A stretch of DNA of 64,000 nucleotides from a virus. The translations under genes were made by a program, and so were the position numbers. Below the pieces are notes generated by a model, which was not told where the DNA came from, searched no databases, and worked only from the letters and a program-made list of their open reading frames with translations. The stretch spans positions 17,388-81,387 of IMG/VR virus record IMGVR_UViG_3300036827_000193. One strand, 5' to 3'. Shown here piece after piece: positions 45,982 to 55,436 of the stretch (position 1 is the first letter of the stretch; each line of letters opens with the position of its first letter).

Positions 45982-46283
45982 GCGCCGGTCGCGACGCCTT
46001 CATAGAGACCGGGCACGACGTTGCCGACAGTCGGAGCGAGTGCCGCCGCGATGAGCGGATCGGGGCCGCCTTGCTGCGCGCCGACCGGATAGGTGTTGCT
46101 CAGCCGGCTGTAGGCGCCCGAGGTGTAGGGATTGAAGATGAAGGAGCGGCGCTGGAAGTTGTATTCGACCTCGCGGTACTTGTAGCGCTGGAAGTCGGGG
46201 TCGGCCTTGCTCACCAGCGCCAGATAGGGCTGCTCGCAAGTCGTGACTTTCGTTGGCGGATTGTAGAGCGCCATGGGCTTCAC
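45972..46283 (-). CDS. Hypothetical phage protein
   Basis: AGGAG SD; protein-like composition. Confidence 0.6.
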   Translation of the reverse strand: MKPMALYNPPTKVTTCEQPYLALVSKADPDFQRYKYREVEYNFQRRSFIFNPYTSGAYSRLSNTYPVGAQQGGPDPLIAAALAPTVGNVVPGLYEGVATGAWA

Positions 46284-46693
46284 TCCTGCTCGTCGATGTC
46301 CGGCGCATTGAAGCGGCGCGGCGGTGTAGTATTTGACAAACCAATACCCCCGGGGGGTAGGCCGCCCAGATGCGGTTAGCGTTCCAGTGTCACTTCCCCT
46401 GCAGGCGCTCGATCAAATCCGCCGCATCGCTGGCAAGCTTGGACAGCGCAGCGCCCCAATTGTTTGGTGCGTCAAGCCATTCAGGCAGCGGGCCGCCGAT
46501 CTGCAGCGCCGCCAGCTCGCGAAGCTTCCTGACGGTTTCGGTGGCGTCGCCAGAGGCCATGGGCGTTACTCCGCTTTCTTGGGCTTGCGCTTCGCCGCCG
46601 CCTTGACCGTCGGCGCCTTGACTGCCGGCAGCCGCGCGAACTTGGCCTCGCGCAGCGCGCGCAGCGCGTCGGATTTCGGCGAGGCGTCCTTGG

Positions 46694-46900
46694 TCATTCG
46701 ACCAGCCGCCCCTTGTGCCGGCCCTTGATATTCTGGTGGAAGTAGGAGCCTGCACTGTCGGCTGCCATCAGGCCCTGATGGTGATAGCCCGGCACGCCGT
46801 CATATTCCCAGGTCGAGCCGGAATGAAATGCGACCTTGAGCTTGCCGGTCGCGGGCTCGTAGTGCACCGCCTTGATGTTGGACGACTTGACCGGCGTCAC
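46694..46900 (-). CDS. KTSC domain protein
   Basis: VKSSNIKAVHY..LKVAFHSG..YDGVP..LMAADSAGSYFHQNIKG. Confidence 0.85.
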   Translation of the reverse strand: MTPVKSSNIKAVHYEPATGKLKVAFHSGSTWEYDGVPGYHHQGLMAADSAGSYFHQNIKGRHKGRLVE

Positions 46901-46901
46901 G

Positions 46902-47099
46902 TCACGCGCCGTCGATAATAAGGCGCTGGCCGGCTGGCAGGTCATACTCGCGCTTGTCGGCGGCCAGCGTGTCGATGCGCTGGTCGGCCCATGCCATCAC
47001 GGCATTGCCCTGCCCGTCATGGACCGGATGGTTCTTGGCCTGCACCCTGACATTGAGTTTCTCGCCGTCGGGCACGGTGATGGTGAATTTCATTTGCAT
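46902..47099 (-). CDS. Hypothetical protein
   Basis: AGGAG SD; follows terL. Confidence 0.6.
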   Translation of the reverse strand: MQMKFTITVPDGEKLNVRVQAKNHPVHDGQGNAVMAWADQRIDTLAADKREYDLPAGQRLIIDGA

Positions 47100-47107
47100 C
47101 GCTCCTG

Positions 47108-48958
47108 TCAGTCGATCACATCGTCGTTGGCCATGGCGTCGATGCCGTGGTCGTCGACGTCGAGGCCCTCCGCGCTCTGCGCCTCGAACGGCGCCGGCGG
47201 CTGCGGGTCGATGTCGTAGATGCGCGAGGCGGCATCGATCAGGTCGTCATGCGGCGCAAACGGGTGCCGGACCAGCTCCTCGATAAACACGCGCGTGAGG
47301 TCGTAGACATCCTGGTTCTCGTCACGGCGCTTGAGCGGGGTGACGATGCGGTATTTCTGCTCGGCGCACTCGCGCTGGCGGCGGGTGAGGCCTTTCATCT
47401 GCCGATAGATGATCTGCCCGACATGGTGCTCGGACTTGGCGCCCTTGTCCTCGACCGCCTTGGCGTCGGCCTCGGTCCATACCGACCAGAAGCACATGCC
47501 GGCGAACGGTCCGACCTTGGCGCCGAAGTCGGAGTGATGCACGGCGCAAGGCAAAAAGAACCGGCCGATGCGCACGTCGGGCTCAAGCCGCTCGATGCGA
47601 TCGTCCTTGGAGTGGCCGCCCTGGCGCGGCGTGTTCAATTCCTCGATCGGGAAGTAGTTGTTCTCGGTCTGCATGAGGCCTTCGATGACCTCGAGCTCGA
47701 CGTCCTTGCCGTAGCGCTCCCAGCCGACCCGCACCATCTGCACGCCGGGGACGGCTTCCCACTTGGCCTTGAACTGCTTGGTGTAGGCCCAGCGCTCGGT
47801 CAGCTTCATGCGATGGCGCACGCCGTCGAGCAGGTACTTGTTGCCGGCGACGTCGATCCCGATCACCGCGATGGCGGTGCGGTCGGAGCGCTCGCCCGAG
47901 CCTTTTGACGGATCGACCAGGATGTAGACGTTGAGGAGCCGCGGCACCACGTCGTAGGGCCGCAGCCACAGCGAGGAGAACGTCGCCTCGCCGGACGCGA
48001 GCGGATTGAGCAGCATCTGCGCCGACACGGTCGAGCGCTGGTCGTTCTTGATCTTGGCCCAGCGTTCCGCGGTGAGCAGCACCGGCTTGCCGTTGAGCGT
48101 GCCGTCATCGGTCGCCGGATAGATGCGCGGCTTGGCCGACTTGCGCTCGATGATGATGCCGTAGGTGTCGGCGAAGTGGTAGCGCGTGCCGGCAATCCAC
48201 TTGCGCACGCCGTCCTTGGTGCCGAGGTTGTCGGCCATCTCCCAGCGCAGCGTGGTCTTGCGGATCTGCTCGTCGGACAGATAGTCCTGCGTCACGATGT
48301 CGTCATAGATGTGCATCTTGAAGTGCCGGCCGGTCGGCTGGCCGTCGATCAGGCCGTGCGCCTCGATGGTGGCTTCCTTGGGCTTGCCCTTGCGCTTGAC
48401 GGTGATGCCGCGCGCCAGGCTCCACTTCGCCGGCCTGCCATCCTGGCCCTTGGTGCGCGGGTTGGCGTAGAGGACGTCGGGATAGGTCTCCTTGAGACGG
48501 TCGTTGGTCTCAAACTCGTTCTTGACCTGCGAGAGAAATTCGACCGCGGTCGGCTTGATGACCGAGAAGATCGCGATGGTGATCTCGGGGTCGCACAGCA
48601 CCTCCTGGATCGCGCCGGTCGTGGTGATCGACGTAGATTTGAAGTGGAAGCGTGCCCACAGGTCGATATATCCGTCCGGGTCGGCCTCGACCTCGCGGGT
48701 GCGATCGAACACCCAGGGGTGCATCGCATCGGCGCGGCCGAGCAGTCCGATCAGCAGGTAGAAGCGGTCATTGCAGCCGAGCAGCGCCTCGACGCGACGC
48801 AGGTTCTCGGCCGGCCCCTTCTTGAGATCGTTGAGGATGAAGGCGTACCACTCGATCGTCTCATTGAAATCGAGGTACGGCAGTTCCTCAACGATGAAGC
48901 GGCTGACCTCGTTGATCGCAGGCGTGTCGTAGCGGGCAGCGCGCAGGACCTTCGCCAT
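47108..48958 (-). CDS. terL: Terminase large subunit
   Basis: Deviant Walker A RFHFKST, TGRHF..IYDD, GTRYH, nuclease ILVDPS..SDRTA, HDDLIDA. Confidence 0.92.
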   Translation of the reverse strand: MAKVLRAARYDTPAINEVSRFIVEELPYLDFNETIEWYAFILNDLKKGPAENLRRVEALLGCNDRFYLLIGLLGRADAMHPWVFDRTREVEADPDGYIDLWARFHFKSTSITTTGAIQEVLCDPEITIAIFSVIKPTAVEFLSQVKNEFETNDRLKETYPDVLYANPRTKGQDGRPAKWSLARGITVKRKGKPKEATIEAHGLIDGQPTGRHFKMHIYDDIVTQDYLSDEQIRKTTLRWEMADNLGTKDGVRKWIAGTRYHFADTYGIIIERKSAKPRIYPATDDGTLNGKPVLLTAERWAKIKNDQRSTVSAQMLLNPLASGEATFSSLWLRPYDVVPRLLNVYILVDPSKGSGERSDRTAIAVIGIDVAGNKYLLDGVRHRMKLTERWAYTKQFKAKWEAVPGVQMVRVGWERYGKDVELEVIEGLMQTENNYFPIEELNTPRQGGHSKDDRIERLEPDVRIGRFFLPCAVHHSDFGAKVGPFAGMCFWSVWTEADAKAVEDKGAKSEHHVGQIIYRQMKGLTRRQRECAEQKYRIVTPLKRRDENQDVYDLTRVFIEELVRHPFAPHDDLIDAASRIYDIDPQPPAPFEAQSAEGLDVDDHGIDAMANDDVID

Positions 48959-49041
48959 TGCCGGCCTTCAAAAAGCAGAAGAGCCGCCCCTGCGGACGGC
49001 CCTCCATGCCCAATTTCGGATGCAACGACGATCGGGCAGGC

Positions 49042-49131
49042 TTACTTGCGCTTGGCAGCCTTGCCGCGTGTCGTCTTGCGGATCGGGCGCCGTGTCGCGG
49101 CGCGCGTCGTTTTGCGTTTGGTCTTCGCCAT
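49042..49131 (-). CDS. 29-aa Lys/Arg/Thr-rich basic peptide
   Basis: MAKTKRKTTRAATRRPIRKTTRGKAAKRK, GAGG SD. Confidence 0.45.
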   Translation of the reverse strand: MAKTKRKTTRAATRRPIRKTTRGKAAKRK

Positions 49132-49419
49132 GGTGTGCCTCGTTGGCTCCTGTCGTCGCCTCATGGGCGACCGGCGCCGAGCACTATCTGATTTGCGCCA
49201 ATTCACCAAATCTCGGTGTGCGCGGTCGGGCTCAATGCTGGCGACTGAGTGGCGACGAAACCGGCGGTGACGATGCGCCTGGCGTCGCGGCGGCGGCACG
49301 CAGCATTTCGGCGTAGTCAAATGCAAACTGCGCGGCGTCCTCGCCTTCAAAAACAGCTACGATTTTATCACCCTCCCACACTAAAATAACGTCGCCCACC
49401 GCTTGAATTTTCACTGCCA

Positions 49420-49626
49420 CTAGTCGCGCCTCCAGGTCCACGACCACCGGCGCTTGAAGCGGCCGCAGCGGACGGTCGGCATCAGCGGATACCAGCACTG
49501 GTATTCCGTTTTCACGGCATCATGGCGCAGCACCACCGCGGTCGGCGGATTGGCGCGGCAGAACTTGACGGCAAGGTCGGAAATCTTGCCATCGAACAGA
49601 TAGCGGCAGCCTTCGCAGGTTTTCAT
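49420..49626 (-). CDS. Small Cys-rich protein
   Basis: MKTCEGC..CRANPP..YP..CGRF; coupled to terS stop. Confidence 0.6.
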   Translation of the reverse strand: MKTCEGCRYLFDGKISDLAVKFCRANPPTAVVLRHDAVKTEYQCWYPLMPTVRCGRFKRRWSWTWRRD

Positions 49627-50228
49627 GCCTTCTCCTTGGAGGCCCGCCACGCCTGGATCGCGGTGCAAAGCGGATGTTCTTCTGCCGGGGCGGCAGTGGC
49701 TTCGATCACCTTGGCGCCCTCACCCGCACCGGCGCCACTGGCGCCCGGGCTTTCCGCAGGTGGCGCCGGCAGCGCGGCCATGTCGGCGTACTTGCGCGGC
49801 AATTCCTTGGCCATCAGCCATTTTCGTATGTCCAGGCGCACGCGCGTACGCTCGATCGATTCCTTGTTGGGCTTGAGGATGGGAACGCCATCGTCACCGG
49901 CCTCGGCGGTGTTGTCCTGCGACGCGTCGTCGGCGATCTGGATCAGCTCCTCGCTCTTGGCGTCGAATTTGGCATAGAGCGCGCACTGATAGGCCAGCCG
50001 GAATTCCGCAATGCTGGCGATCCAGCGATAGACTGTCGCCGGCGACGGCATGTCAGGATCGGCGCAGATGGCATGCAGCTTCTCGCCGTTGCCCAGGCGC
50101 TCGCAGAGGGTGAAGGCTTTATCTTCGTTGTAGCTGCTCGGTCGATGCGGCGGCTTGGCCGGCAGATTGGCTGCAGGCTCGACCGGGATCGGCACCGCGC
50201 CGTGCAGGAAGGCGTCCGGCGACATCAT
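49623..50228 (-). CDS. terS: Terminase small subunit (Sf6/P22-like)
   Basis: RPSSY..LCERLGNG..ICADPDMPS.ATVYRW..IADD..RVRLDIRKW..PRKY. Confidence 0.9.
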   Translation of the reverse strand: MMSPDAFLHGAVPIPVEPAANLPAKPPHRPSSYNEDKAFTLCERLGNGEKLHAICADPDMPSPATVYRWIASIAEFRLAYQCALYAKFDAKSEELIQIADDASQDNTAEAGDDGVPILKPNKESIERTRVRLDIRKWLMAKELPRKYADMAALPAPPAESPGASGAGAGEGAKVIEATAAPAEEHPLCTAIQAWRASKEKA

Positions 50229-50422
50229 TCACCCGGAGCCCGCGCGAGGCCGAACTTGTCCTTGCGTTTAGCGACCGCGGCGTTGGCGATACGGATCGCC
50301 TTGCCATCGTCACCGCTGTCGTCGAGCACCTTGTTGGCGACGGTGCTCCACTGTTTCTTCGCCGCCGGCGTGTTTGCTTTCTTGGTGTGACGGGCGGGGC
50401 CGTCGTCGGGCGTGAATGGCAT
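50225..50422 (-). CDS. ChaB-like small protein
   Basis: MPFT..KKQWSTVAN..DDGKAIRIANAAV; AGGAG SD. Confidence 0.65.
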   Translation of the reverse strand: MPFTPDDGPARHTKKANTPAAKKQWSTVANKVLDDSGDDGKAIRIANAAVAKRKDKFGLARAPGE

Positions 50423-50431
50423 GGCGCACTC

Positions 50432-50653
50432 CTACTTGAACCCCATCCCCTTGAGCGCTTCGTCGGTGCCGCTCTTGAGCGCCTTGCCGGCGAGTTCGAG
50501 CAAACACATCTTGGCGGTGCGCAACGAGAGCTGGCCCGGGATCTTCACCTCGAACGGCGGCGCGAGCTGCTTGCCGGCGGCATCCTCGAACTTGATGCGC
50601 AGCATAGGCATGGCCTCGGCGGGCCTCTGGTCGGCGGGCTTCTGGTCGGTCAT
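50432..50653 (-). CDS. Hypothetical protein
   Basis: Coupled start MTDQKPA. Confidence 0.5.
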   Translation of the reverse strand: MTDQKPADQRPAEAMPMLRIKFEDAAGKQLAPPFEVKIPGQLSLRTAKMCLLELAGKALKSGTDEALKGMGFK

Positions 50654-50991
50654 TTGCACCGCGGTCCGTTGAGTGTTTCGATCGTCCACTCCTCGATGCG
50701 CTTGGCCAGCAGCCGATTGCGCACGAAGTCGGGGATCATGATGGTGGGGATCAGCCCGCTGTTGTTCTGGGCTTCGCAAACACTGCTGCCGTCGGTCGCC
50801 CAGACCATGAAGGCAAAGCCGGCGATGTTGCTGCTTTCCTTATCGCCGCGACGGTGAGCGTCGAGACAGGCGCGGACCCAGGCAAGAACGCTCTCGTAGT
50901 CGTCGCCGTCCTTGCGGTGCAGGACCTTGAGCGGTGCGCGGCCGTCCTTGAATCGGACCGAGCGCAACCGCAGGCGGCTCGGCTCGGTCAT
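50650..50991 (-). CDS. Hypothetical protein
   Basis: IAGFAFMVW..IPDFVR; co-oriented. Confidence 0.6.
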   Translation of the reverse strand: MTEPSRLRLRSVRFKDGRAPLKVLHRKDGDDYESVLAWVRACLDAHRRGDKESSNIAGFAFMVWATDGSSVCEAQNNSGLIPTIMIPDFVRNRLLAKRIEEWTIETLNGPRCK

Positions 50992-50993
50992 TC

Positions 50994-51200
50994 CTACTGC
51001 TCGTCCGCCGCCCGCCGCGGCACCCGGGCGCTGGTGTAGAGCGCCTGCGAAGCCTGCGAGGCCATCTTCGTCGACGGCGAGAAACCAAATCCGTAACGCG
51101 AGGGCGTCATCTGGCTGGCGAGGTCGGCGCGCGCAGTGCGCATCGCCTTCTCCTCGTCAGCGGAAAACTCGGACGGCCCCGGCGTCGGATAGTCACCCAT
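50994..51200 (-). CDS. Small protein with PxPGxxEFSAxxE motif
   Basis: Paralogous N-terminus to 61875-62081. Confidence 0.65.
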   Translation of the reverse strand: MGDYPTPGPSEFSADEEKAMRTARADLASQMTPSRYGFGFSPSTKMASQASQALYTSARVPRRAADEQ

Positions 51201-51430
51201 TACATGCCGCCCATATCGTCGTCGTCGGGCTCGCCGCCGCCCATGCCGCCACCCATGCCACCCGGCATCGGCGCGCCATTCGGCGCCCCCATGTCCGGCG
51301 GCGGCATGCGTGAGGCGCGCACGCCGTGGCGCATCGCGCGCTCCTGCTCGGCCGAGAACTCGTGCGGGCCGGGCATCGGCGCTCCTGGCGCTGCGCCGCG
51401 GTGCTTATGGCCATGGTGTTTCTTCGCCAT
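51200..51430 (-). CDS. Small Met/Gly/Pro-rich protein with PxPGxxEFSAxxE motif
   Basis: AAGGAG SD; MAKKHHGHK..PMPGPHEFSAEQERAMR. Confidence 0.65.
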   Translation of the reverse strand: MAKKHHGHKHRGAAPGAPMPGPHEFSAEQERAMRHGVRASRMPPPDMGAPNGAPMPGGMGGGMGGGEPDDDDMGGM

Positions 51431-51443
51431 GATCGTTTCTCCT

Positions 51444-51677
51444 TCAGCCGCGAGAATTCACGGCACGGTAGTAGATGACGCGGCGCGGCCAGCGGCCACA
51501 GTCGTCGACCTCGACCTTGGGCCGGACCTGGCCGTGGCCGATCAGCCGATCGAGCGCGGTGTTGACGTCGTCGCTCGATGGCCGCGCCAGACCGCGCGAG
51601 GCGATGTGGTCCTGGATGGCATGGATGCTTGCCGTCGGGCTCAAGGCCGCGACGGCGCCGAGCACCAGGTCGTCCAT
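51444..51677 (-). CDS. Small winged-helix-like hypothetical protein
   Basis: Co-oriented; VNTALDRLIGHGQV. Confidence 0.45.
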   Translation of the reverse strand: MDDLVLGAVAALSPTASIHAIQDHIASRGLARPSSDDVNTALDRLIGHGQVRPKVEVDDCGRWPRRVIYYRAVNSRG

Positions 51678-51679
51678 GG

Positions 51680-52315
51680 TCAGGTGGTCTTGGCTGCGTC
51701 GAACTTGGCTGCTGCGGCGGACTTGGCCGCGTCGGCCGCGATCTCGTCGGCGGAGGCCGTGCCATTGCCGCCGATCTGGCGCAGCGCGCTCTCGATCGCG
51801 GCGACGCCCTCCTCGGCTTTCGCCAGCACGTCGCCGTGGGCCGCGAGCGCATCGGTCGCCCGCTTTTCGAGGTCGCCGCGCTTGGCGATCAGCGCGTCGG
51901 CCTTGTCCTCGAGCGCCTTCGCCATGTCGGCGGTGCCGGTCGAGAGCAGTTTGAGCTTTTCGCCGAGGTGCATCGTGTTCCCCTGATGCTCGTGTGATTG
52001 CGCGATGGCGTCACGCGTGAGCGTGCCGGCCGCCGCGTCGGAGGTGGTCTTGGCGTCAGCGAGCAGGCTTGCGACGCTCGGCAAGGTGTCTCGCTCGGCC
52101 GCCATTGCGGTTTCGAGTGCGGCGAGACCGGCCTTCGGATCGGGTGGCGTCTCCGCCTCGTCCATGGTGACGACCTCGTTCGGCCGCACCTCGATGATGG
52201 TGCCGAGCGAGAAGCGCGGGCCATGCGCGCGCGCCTTCATCTTCCAGTTGCCGTTGGCGAGCTTCTCGATCGGCTCGGCGGCGAAGGTCGAGCCGTGCCA
52301 GGAGACTGTCGCCAT
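51680..52315 (-). CDS. Ala-rich coiled-coil hypothetical protein
   Basis: Long ORF with typical codon usage. Confidence 0.65.
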   Translation of the reverse strand: MATVSWHGSTFAAEPIEKLANGNWKMKARAHGPRFSLGTIIEVRPNEVVTMDEAETPPDPKAGLAALETAMAAERDTLPSVASLLADAKTTSDAAAGTLTRDAIAQSHEHQGNTMHLGEKLKLLSTGTADMAKALEDKADALIAKRGDLEKRATDALAAHGDVLAKAEEGVAAIESALRQIGGNGTASADEIAADAAKSAAAAKFDAAKTT

Positions 52316-52320
52316 GGGTG

Positions 52321-52560
52321 TCATTCCGCCGCTCGCCATCCGTCACGGAGAAAGTTATACGGCCCGCCGAACCACGACGGCTTCCAGCCCCTATGTGCGC
52401 CGACAGGAAGCCGCTGGATCGGCACGGTCGAGGCGGCGATGGCGGCCTTCAGGTCGGCGTCGGTCGCGGGCATGCGTCTTGCGCGATTCAGCAGATGCCG
52501 GCGTTTGATCTCCAGCGCCGTCTTTTCGTCGGCGGTAAAGACGCGCATCACCTCAGTCAC
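52321..52560 (-). CDS. Hypothetical protein
   Basis: Coupled to the upstream stop. Confidence 0.45.
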   Translation of the reverse strand: MTEVMRVFTADEKTALEIKRRHLLNRARRMPATDADLKAAIAASTVPIQRLPVGAHRGWKPSWFGGPYNFLRDGWRAAE

Positions 52561-53333
52561 AGTGGCGCCGGATTTGCTGGCGCAGGTGCAGGCGTCGCCG
52601 GCGCCGGTAGCCCGAACTGCGACAGGTCGACCTCGGTGCCGGGACGCGCGTCACTTTTTGCCGCCTCGTTCGAGGCGTCCGCCGCTGCGCCGTATTGGGC
52701 GAAGTCAACGGAATTGGTTGAGGTCGGCTGCGGCGCGTCGGTGTCCTGCGGCTCGCCGAACGCGGCAAAGTCGATGCCGCTCTTGCCGGCGCCGCCGAAC
52801 CTGCCTTCGCGCTGCGTGATGTCGCCGGTGATCCCTGCCATCAGGTTGCCGACGGTGCCGGCGCGATCGAAGTGCGGATTGATCGAGCGCTCGTAGGGCG
52901 TGAAGACGTCGGCGACATTGGTATCGGCGCCGATCTGGCCGCCGATCATGCGCGCGGCGCGACCTTCGCCGAAGTGGTGCGCGGCGTAGATCTCGGCGTC
53001 CGAGGGCTCGCGTCCAAGCCTTGCAGCCAGGCCAGCTTTGAGGTCTTGCGCAAACGCCGTCCACCCGCGGGCTTGCGTGAGCGGGTCGCTCGAGTCCCCA
53101 GCGCCGTATTTCTGGCGAAGCGGGCCAGACATCTGGAAGAGGCCATAGATGGTCTTTGAGTTGTGCGCGGTCGGGTTGCCCTGGCTCTCGCGATCGGCGA
53201 CCGCGAGCGCAAAGGCTGGATCGATGCCGGCTTCATCGGCCGCATGCGTGATGGCGTCGCGAACGGCTGGATCCATGGCGAAGCGCCCGAAATGGCTGTT
53301 TTCGACGAAACGACCGAAAATCGAGCCCCACAA
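52557..53333 (-). CDS. Lytic transglycosylase (SLT/lysozyme-like), likely virion-associated; probable start 53276
   Basis: GIDPAFALAVADRESQGNP, YGLFQ, IYAAHHFGEG; C-terminal DFxQYG-type repeats. Confidence 0.85.
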   Translation of the reverse strand: MWGSIFGRFVENSHFGRFAMDPAVRDAITHAADEAGIDPAFALAVADRESQGNPTAHNSKTIYGLFQMSGPLRQKYGAGDSSDPLTQARGWTAFAQDLKAGLAARLGREPSDAEIYAAHHFGEGRAARMIGGQIGADTNVADVFTPYERSINPHFDRAGTVGNLMAGITGDITQREGRFGGAGKSGIDFAAFGEPQDTDAPQPTSTNSVDFAQYGAAADASNEAAKSDARPGTEVDLSQFGLPAPATPAPAPANPAPL

Positions 53334-53439
53334 ATGGCCGCTGGTGCGTTAATTCGAGTCCCGGGCTATCTCGGTATTAGGGCGCAAACGCCGGAACGAA
53401 TTTGAAGCGGTCGAACATCGGACCTCCTAAATTCGGCGC

Positions 53440-53874
53440 ATGGCCGAGAGCAGAACGGCGGAGACGCTACGCAACAAGCGTGACGAGATTGCCCGCGCGA
53501 TTGACGACTACGAAAATAAGCTCGCCCAAGCACGCGCCGATCTTGCTCACCTTGACGCGGCGGTAGCGATATTCGCGACCAGCGGCGACGCCGTCGCGGT
53601 TGTGCCCTATCTGGACATTCATCGGCTGTTCAAGCGCGGAGAGATGGTTGCGATCTGCCGCGAGGCGTTGAAGTCGGGACCAAAGAACACGCGCCAGCTT
53701 TCCGCGCTGATCCTAGAGGCCAAGGGCTTGAACGCTGGCGACAAGGTTCTGGCCAAGGCCGTCTCGTACAAGCTCATTCATGCACTGCGGATTCAAGCGC
53801 GCACGGGCAAGCTCGTTGGCATGGGCAGAGAGAAAGCGGCGCGGGTTTGGCGTTTGCCGGGAACGCTAGTCTAG
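53440..53874 (+). CDS. IS passenger: coiled-coil plus wHTH-like protein
   Basis: LRNKRDEI..LAHLDAAVAIF..LFKRGEM..VWRL. Confidence 0.75.
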   Translation: MAESRTAETLRNKRDEIARAIDDYENKLAQARADLAHLDAAVAIFATSGDAVAVVPYLDIHRLFKRGEMVAICREALKSGPKNTRQLSALILEAKGLNAGDKVLAKAVSYKLIHALRIQARTGKLVGMGREKAARVWRLPGTLV

Positions 53875-54065
53875 GTGCGGGCGGATCGGCCCTTTTCCTC
53901 GATTGGATTACCGTTCTCGTCTTCGATCCAAACTTCGGAATATCCAGCCAAGTGAAGATCGTCGGCTTTGCTCCATGCCTCTTCAAGGCTATGGCAGAGG
54001 GTGCTGACGAAAGTATCGCCCACACGCCTTTTCACGAAGTATGGCGGGTCCGAAGGGTCATTCAT
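53871..54065 (-). CDS. IS passenger: small hypothetical protein
   Basis: Ends VWIEDENGNPI. Confidence 0.4.
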   Translation of the reverse strand: MNDPSDPPYFVKRRVGDTFVSTLCHSLEEAWSKADDLHLAGYSEVWIEDENGNPIEEKGRSART

Positions 54066-54109
54066 CGGACCATTATGAGCGCCTTCCGAACTCGATTCTA
54101 GACCGCGCT

Positions 54110-55093
54110 CTAGGCGGCAACGTGCCGCTGCCAGTAGCCCGTGAAATCGACGCTCGGCTTGCTTTTCATGACCAGCGCCGCGAGGCGGTTCACTTGCTCG
54201 CCATTCGAGGAACGGCGGTTATCCTCGCGCCAGCTTGCCTCTTGCGCGTAGCGGAGCAGATAGGCGCCAGCGATATGGTGGTGATGTCCGATTTCAGCGC
54301 GGCGCATGCGGCTGAAAAATTCCTCTGCCCAGTTCGTACACGCACCATCGAGGCTGTAGGCCTCTTGATGGTTGATTGTTTTAATCTCGAAACGATCCTG
54401 CAAGCCTTCCCATGAACTGGCTTCGTCGGTGTTGATCGTCGTGCCCTTGGCGACGCGGGCGCGGATGAAAGAGGCGGCTTGCACTTCGCTCTTGAACACT
54501 GCCGGGACCGAATTGCCGTTGCGCTCACGGACGATCACGACCACCTTGCGCTTGCCGTTTTGATTGCGGAATAGGCGACGGTCGCGGCGATTTTCTCGCA
54601 GGTTCGAAGGCTTGACATAACCGCCGAAATATCCGCCGTCGACTTCCGCGACCTTGCCTTCGCCGCCGACAACGCGGGCTTTCAATTCCAGCGCCATCGC
54701 CTCGCGCAACTTGTGCAGCAACACGAAAGCGGTTTTGTACGACACGCCGAGATCGCGCGTGAGCGCCAGCGCGGACTTGCCCTTCACCTCGTTGCAGAAG
54801 ATCGCCATGGCCGCGAGATAGGACCGCAGCGGCAGCTTGTGTGAGGCAAACAGCGTGCCCGACGTGATGCTGAAGTCCTTACCGCACGCCTTGCATTCAA
54901 ACCGCGATGCGCCATTAGCACGGCGGCAATCGTAGGCATCCACCCCGCCGCAGTGCGGGCAAACCGGCTGACCGTCCGTGTCGGGCCAGCGAACCTTGCG
55001 GAACATCGTCTCGGCTTCCGCATCCGAAAGGCGAAGAACCTGAGCGAGGCTCAGGGTCTTGGCCGCTTTCGAGAGGAGGAAATGCTGTGACAC
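54110..55093 (-). CDS. IS1595-family transposase
   Basis: RWP..PVCPHCG..FECKAC zinc ribbon; AEVDGGYFGG, NTDE, TNWAEEFFS. Confidence 0.95.
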   Translation of the reverse strand: MSQHFLLSKAAKTLSLAQVLRLSDAEAETMFRKVRWPDTDGQPVCPHCGGVDAYDCRRANGASRFECKACGKDFSITSGTLFASHKLPLRSYLAAMAIFCNEVKGKSALALTRDLGVSYKTAFVLLHKLREAMALELKARVVGGEGKVAEVDGGYFGGYVKPSNLRENRRDRRLFRNQNGKRKVVVIVRERNGNSVPAVFKSEVQAASFIRARVAKGTTINTDEASSWEGLQDRFEIKTINHQEAYSLDGACTNWAEEFFSRMRRAEIGHHHHIAGAYLLRYAQEASWREDNRRSSNGEQVNRLAALVMKSKPSVDFTGYWQRHVAA

Positions 55094-55196
55094 GATGTTC
55101 TCGTTTCTGAGAACACCATATCGGATATAATATCGTTGTCAATACGAAAATATCGTATATGATAACATTCATTCGGAACCGATATGCGAGGAACGC

Positions 55197-55436
55197 ATGG
55201 CTTGGGCAAAGACGGAACGGGAATGGGCAGAACGGGCCGCTAGGCACCTGAAAGCCGAGCTGAAACGGGCCAATTTCACCTATGACGATCTAGCCGACAA
55301 ACTCAAAAAACACGGGTTTAAGGAGACGAAGGCGAGCATCGCGAACAAGCTGGCGAGGGCCACGATGTCCGCTCACTTTTTCTTGGCATCGCTCGCGGCA
55401 ATAGGACGCGAGCAGATCGCGCTACAGGACATTTAG
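55197..55436 (+). CDS. IS passenger: Cro/C1-type HTH regulator (DUF6471-like), divergent from the transposase
   Basis: LKAELKRANFTYDDLA..ETKASIANKLARATMSA.FF. Confidence 0.85.
   Translation: MAWAKTEREWAERAARHLKAELKRANFTYDDLADKLKKHGFKETKASIANKLARATMSAHFFLASLAAIGREQIALQDI

Noticed and set aside
47108-48958. Possible intein or intron in terL (extra segment in the nuclease domain)
   Set aside because: Frame is continuous and no intein terminal motifs or group I core elements were seen
55127-55142. Similarity of the first IS promoter spacer to the second IS terminal repeat
   Set aside because: Only about 13/16 nt in AT-rich promoter-like sequence; too weak to support
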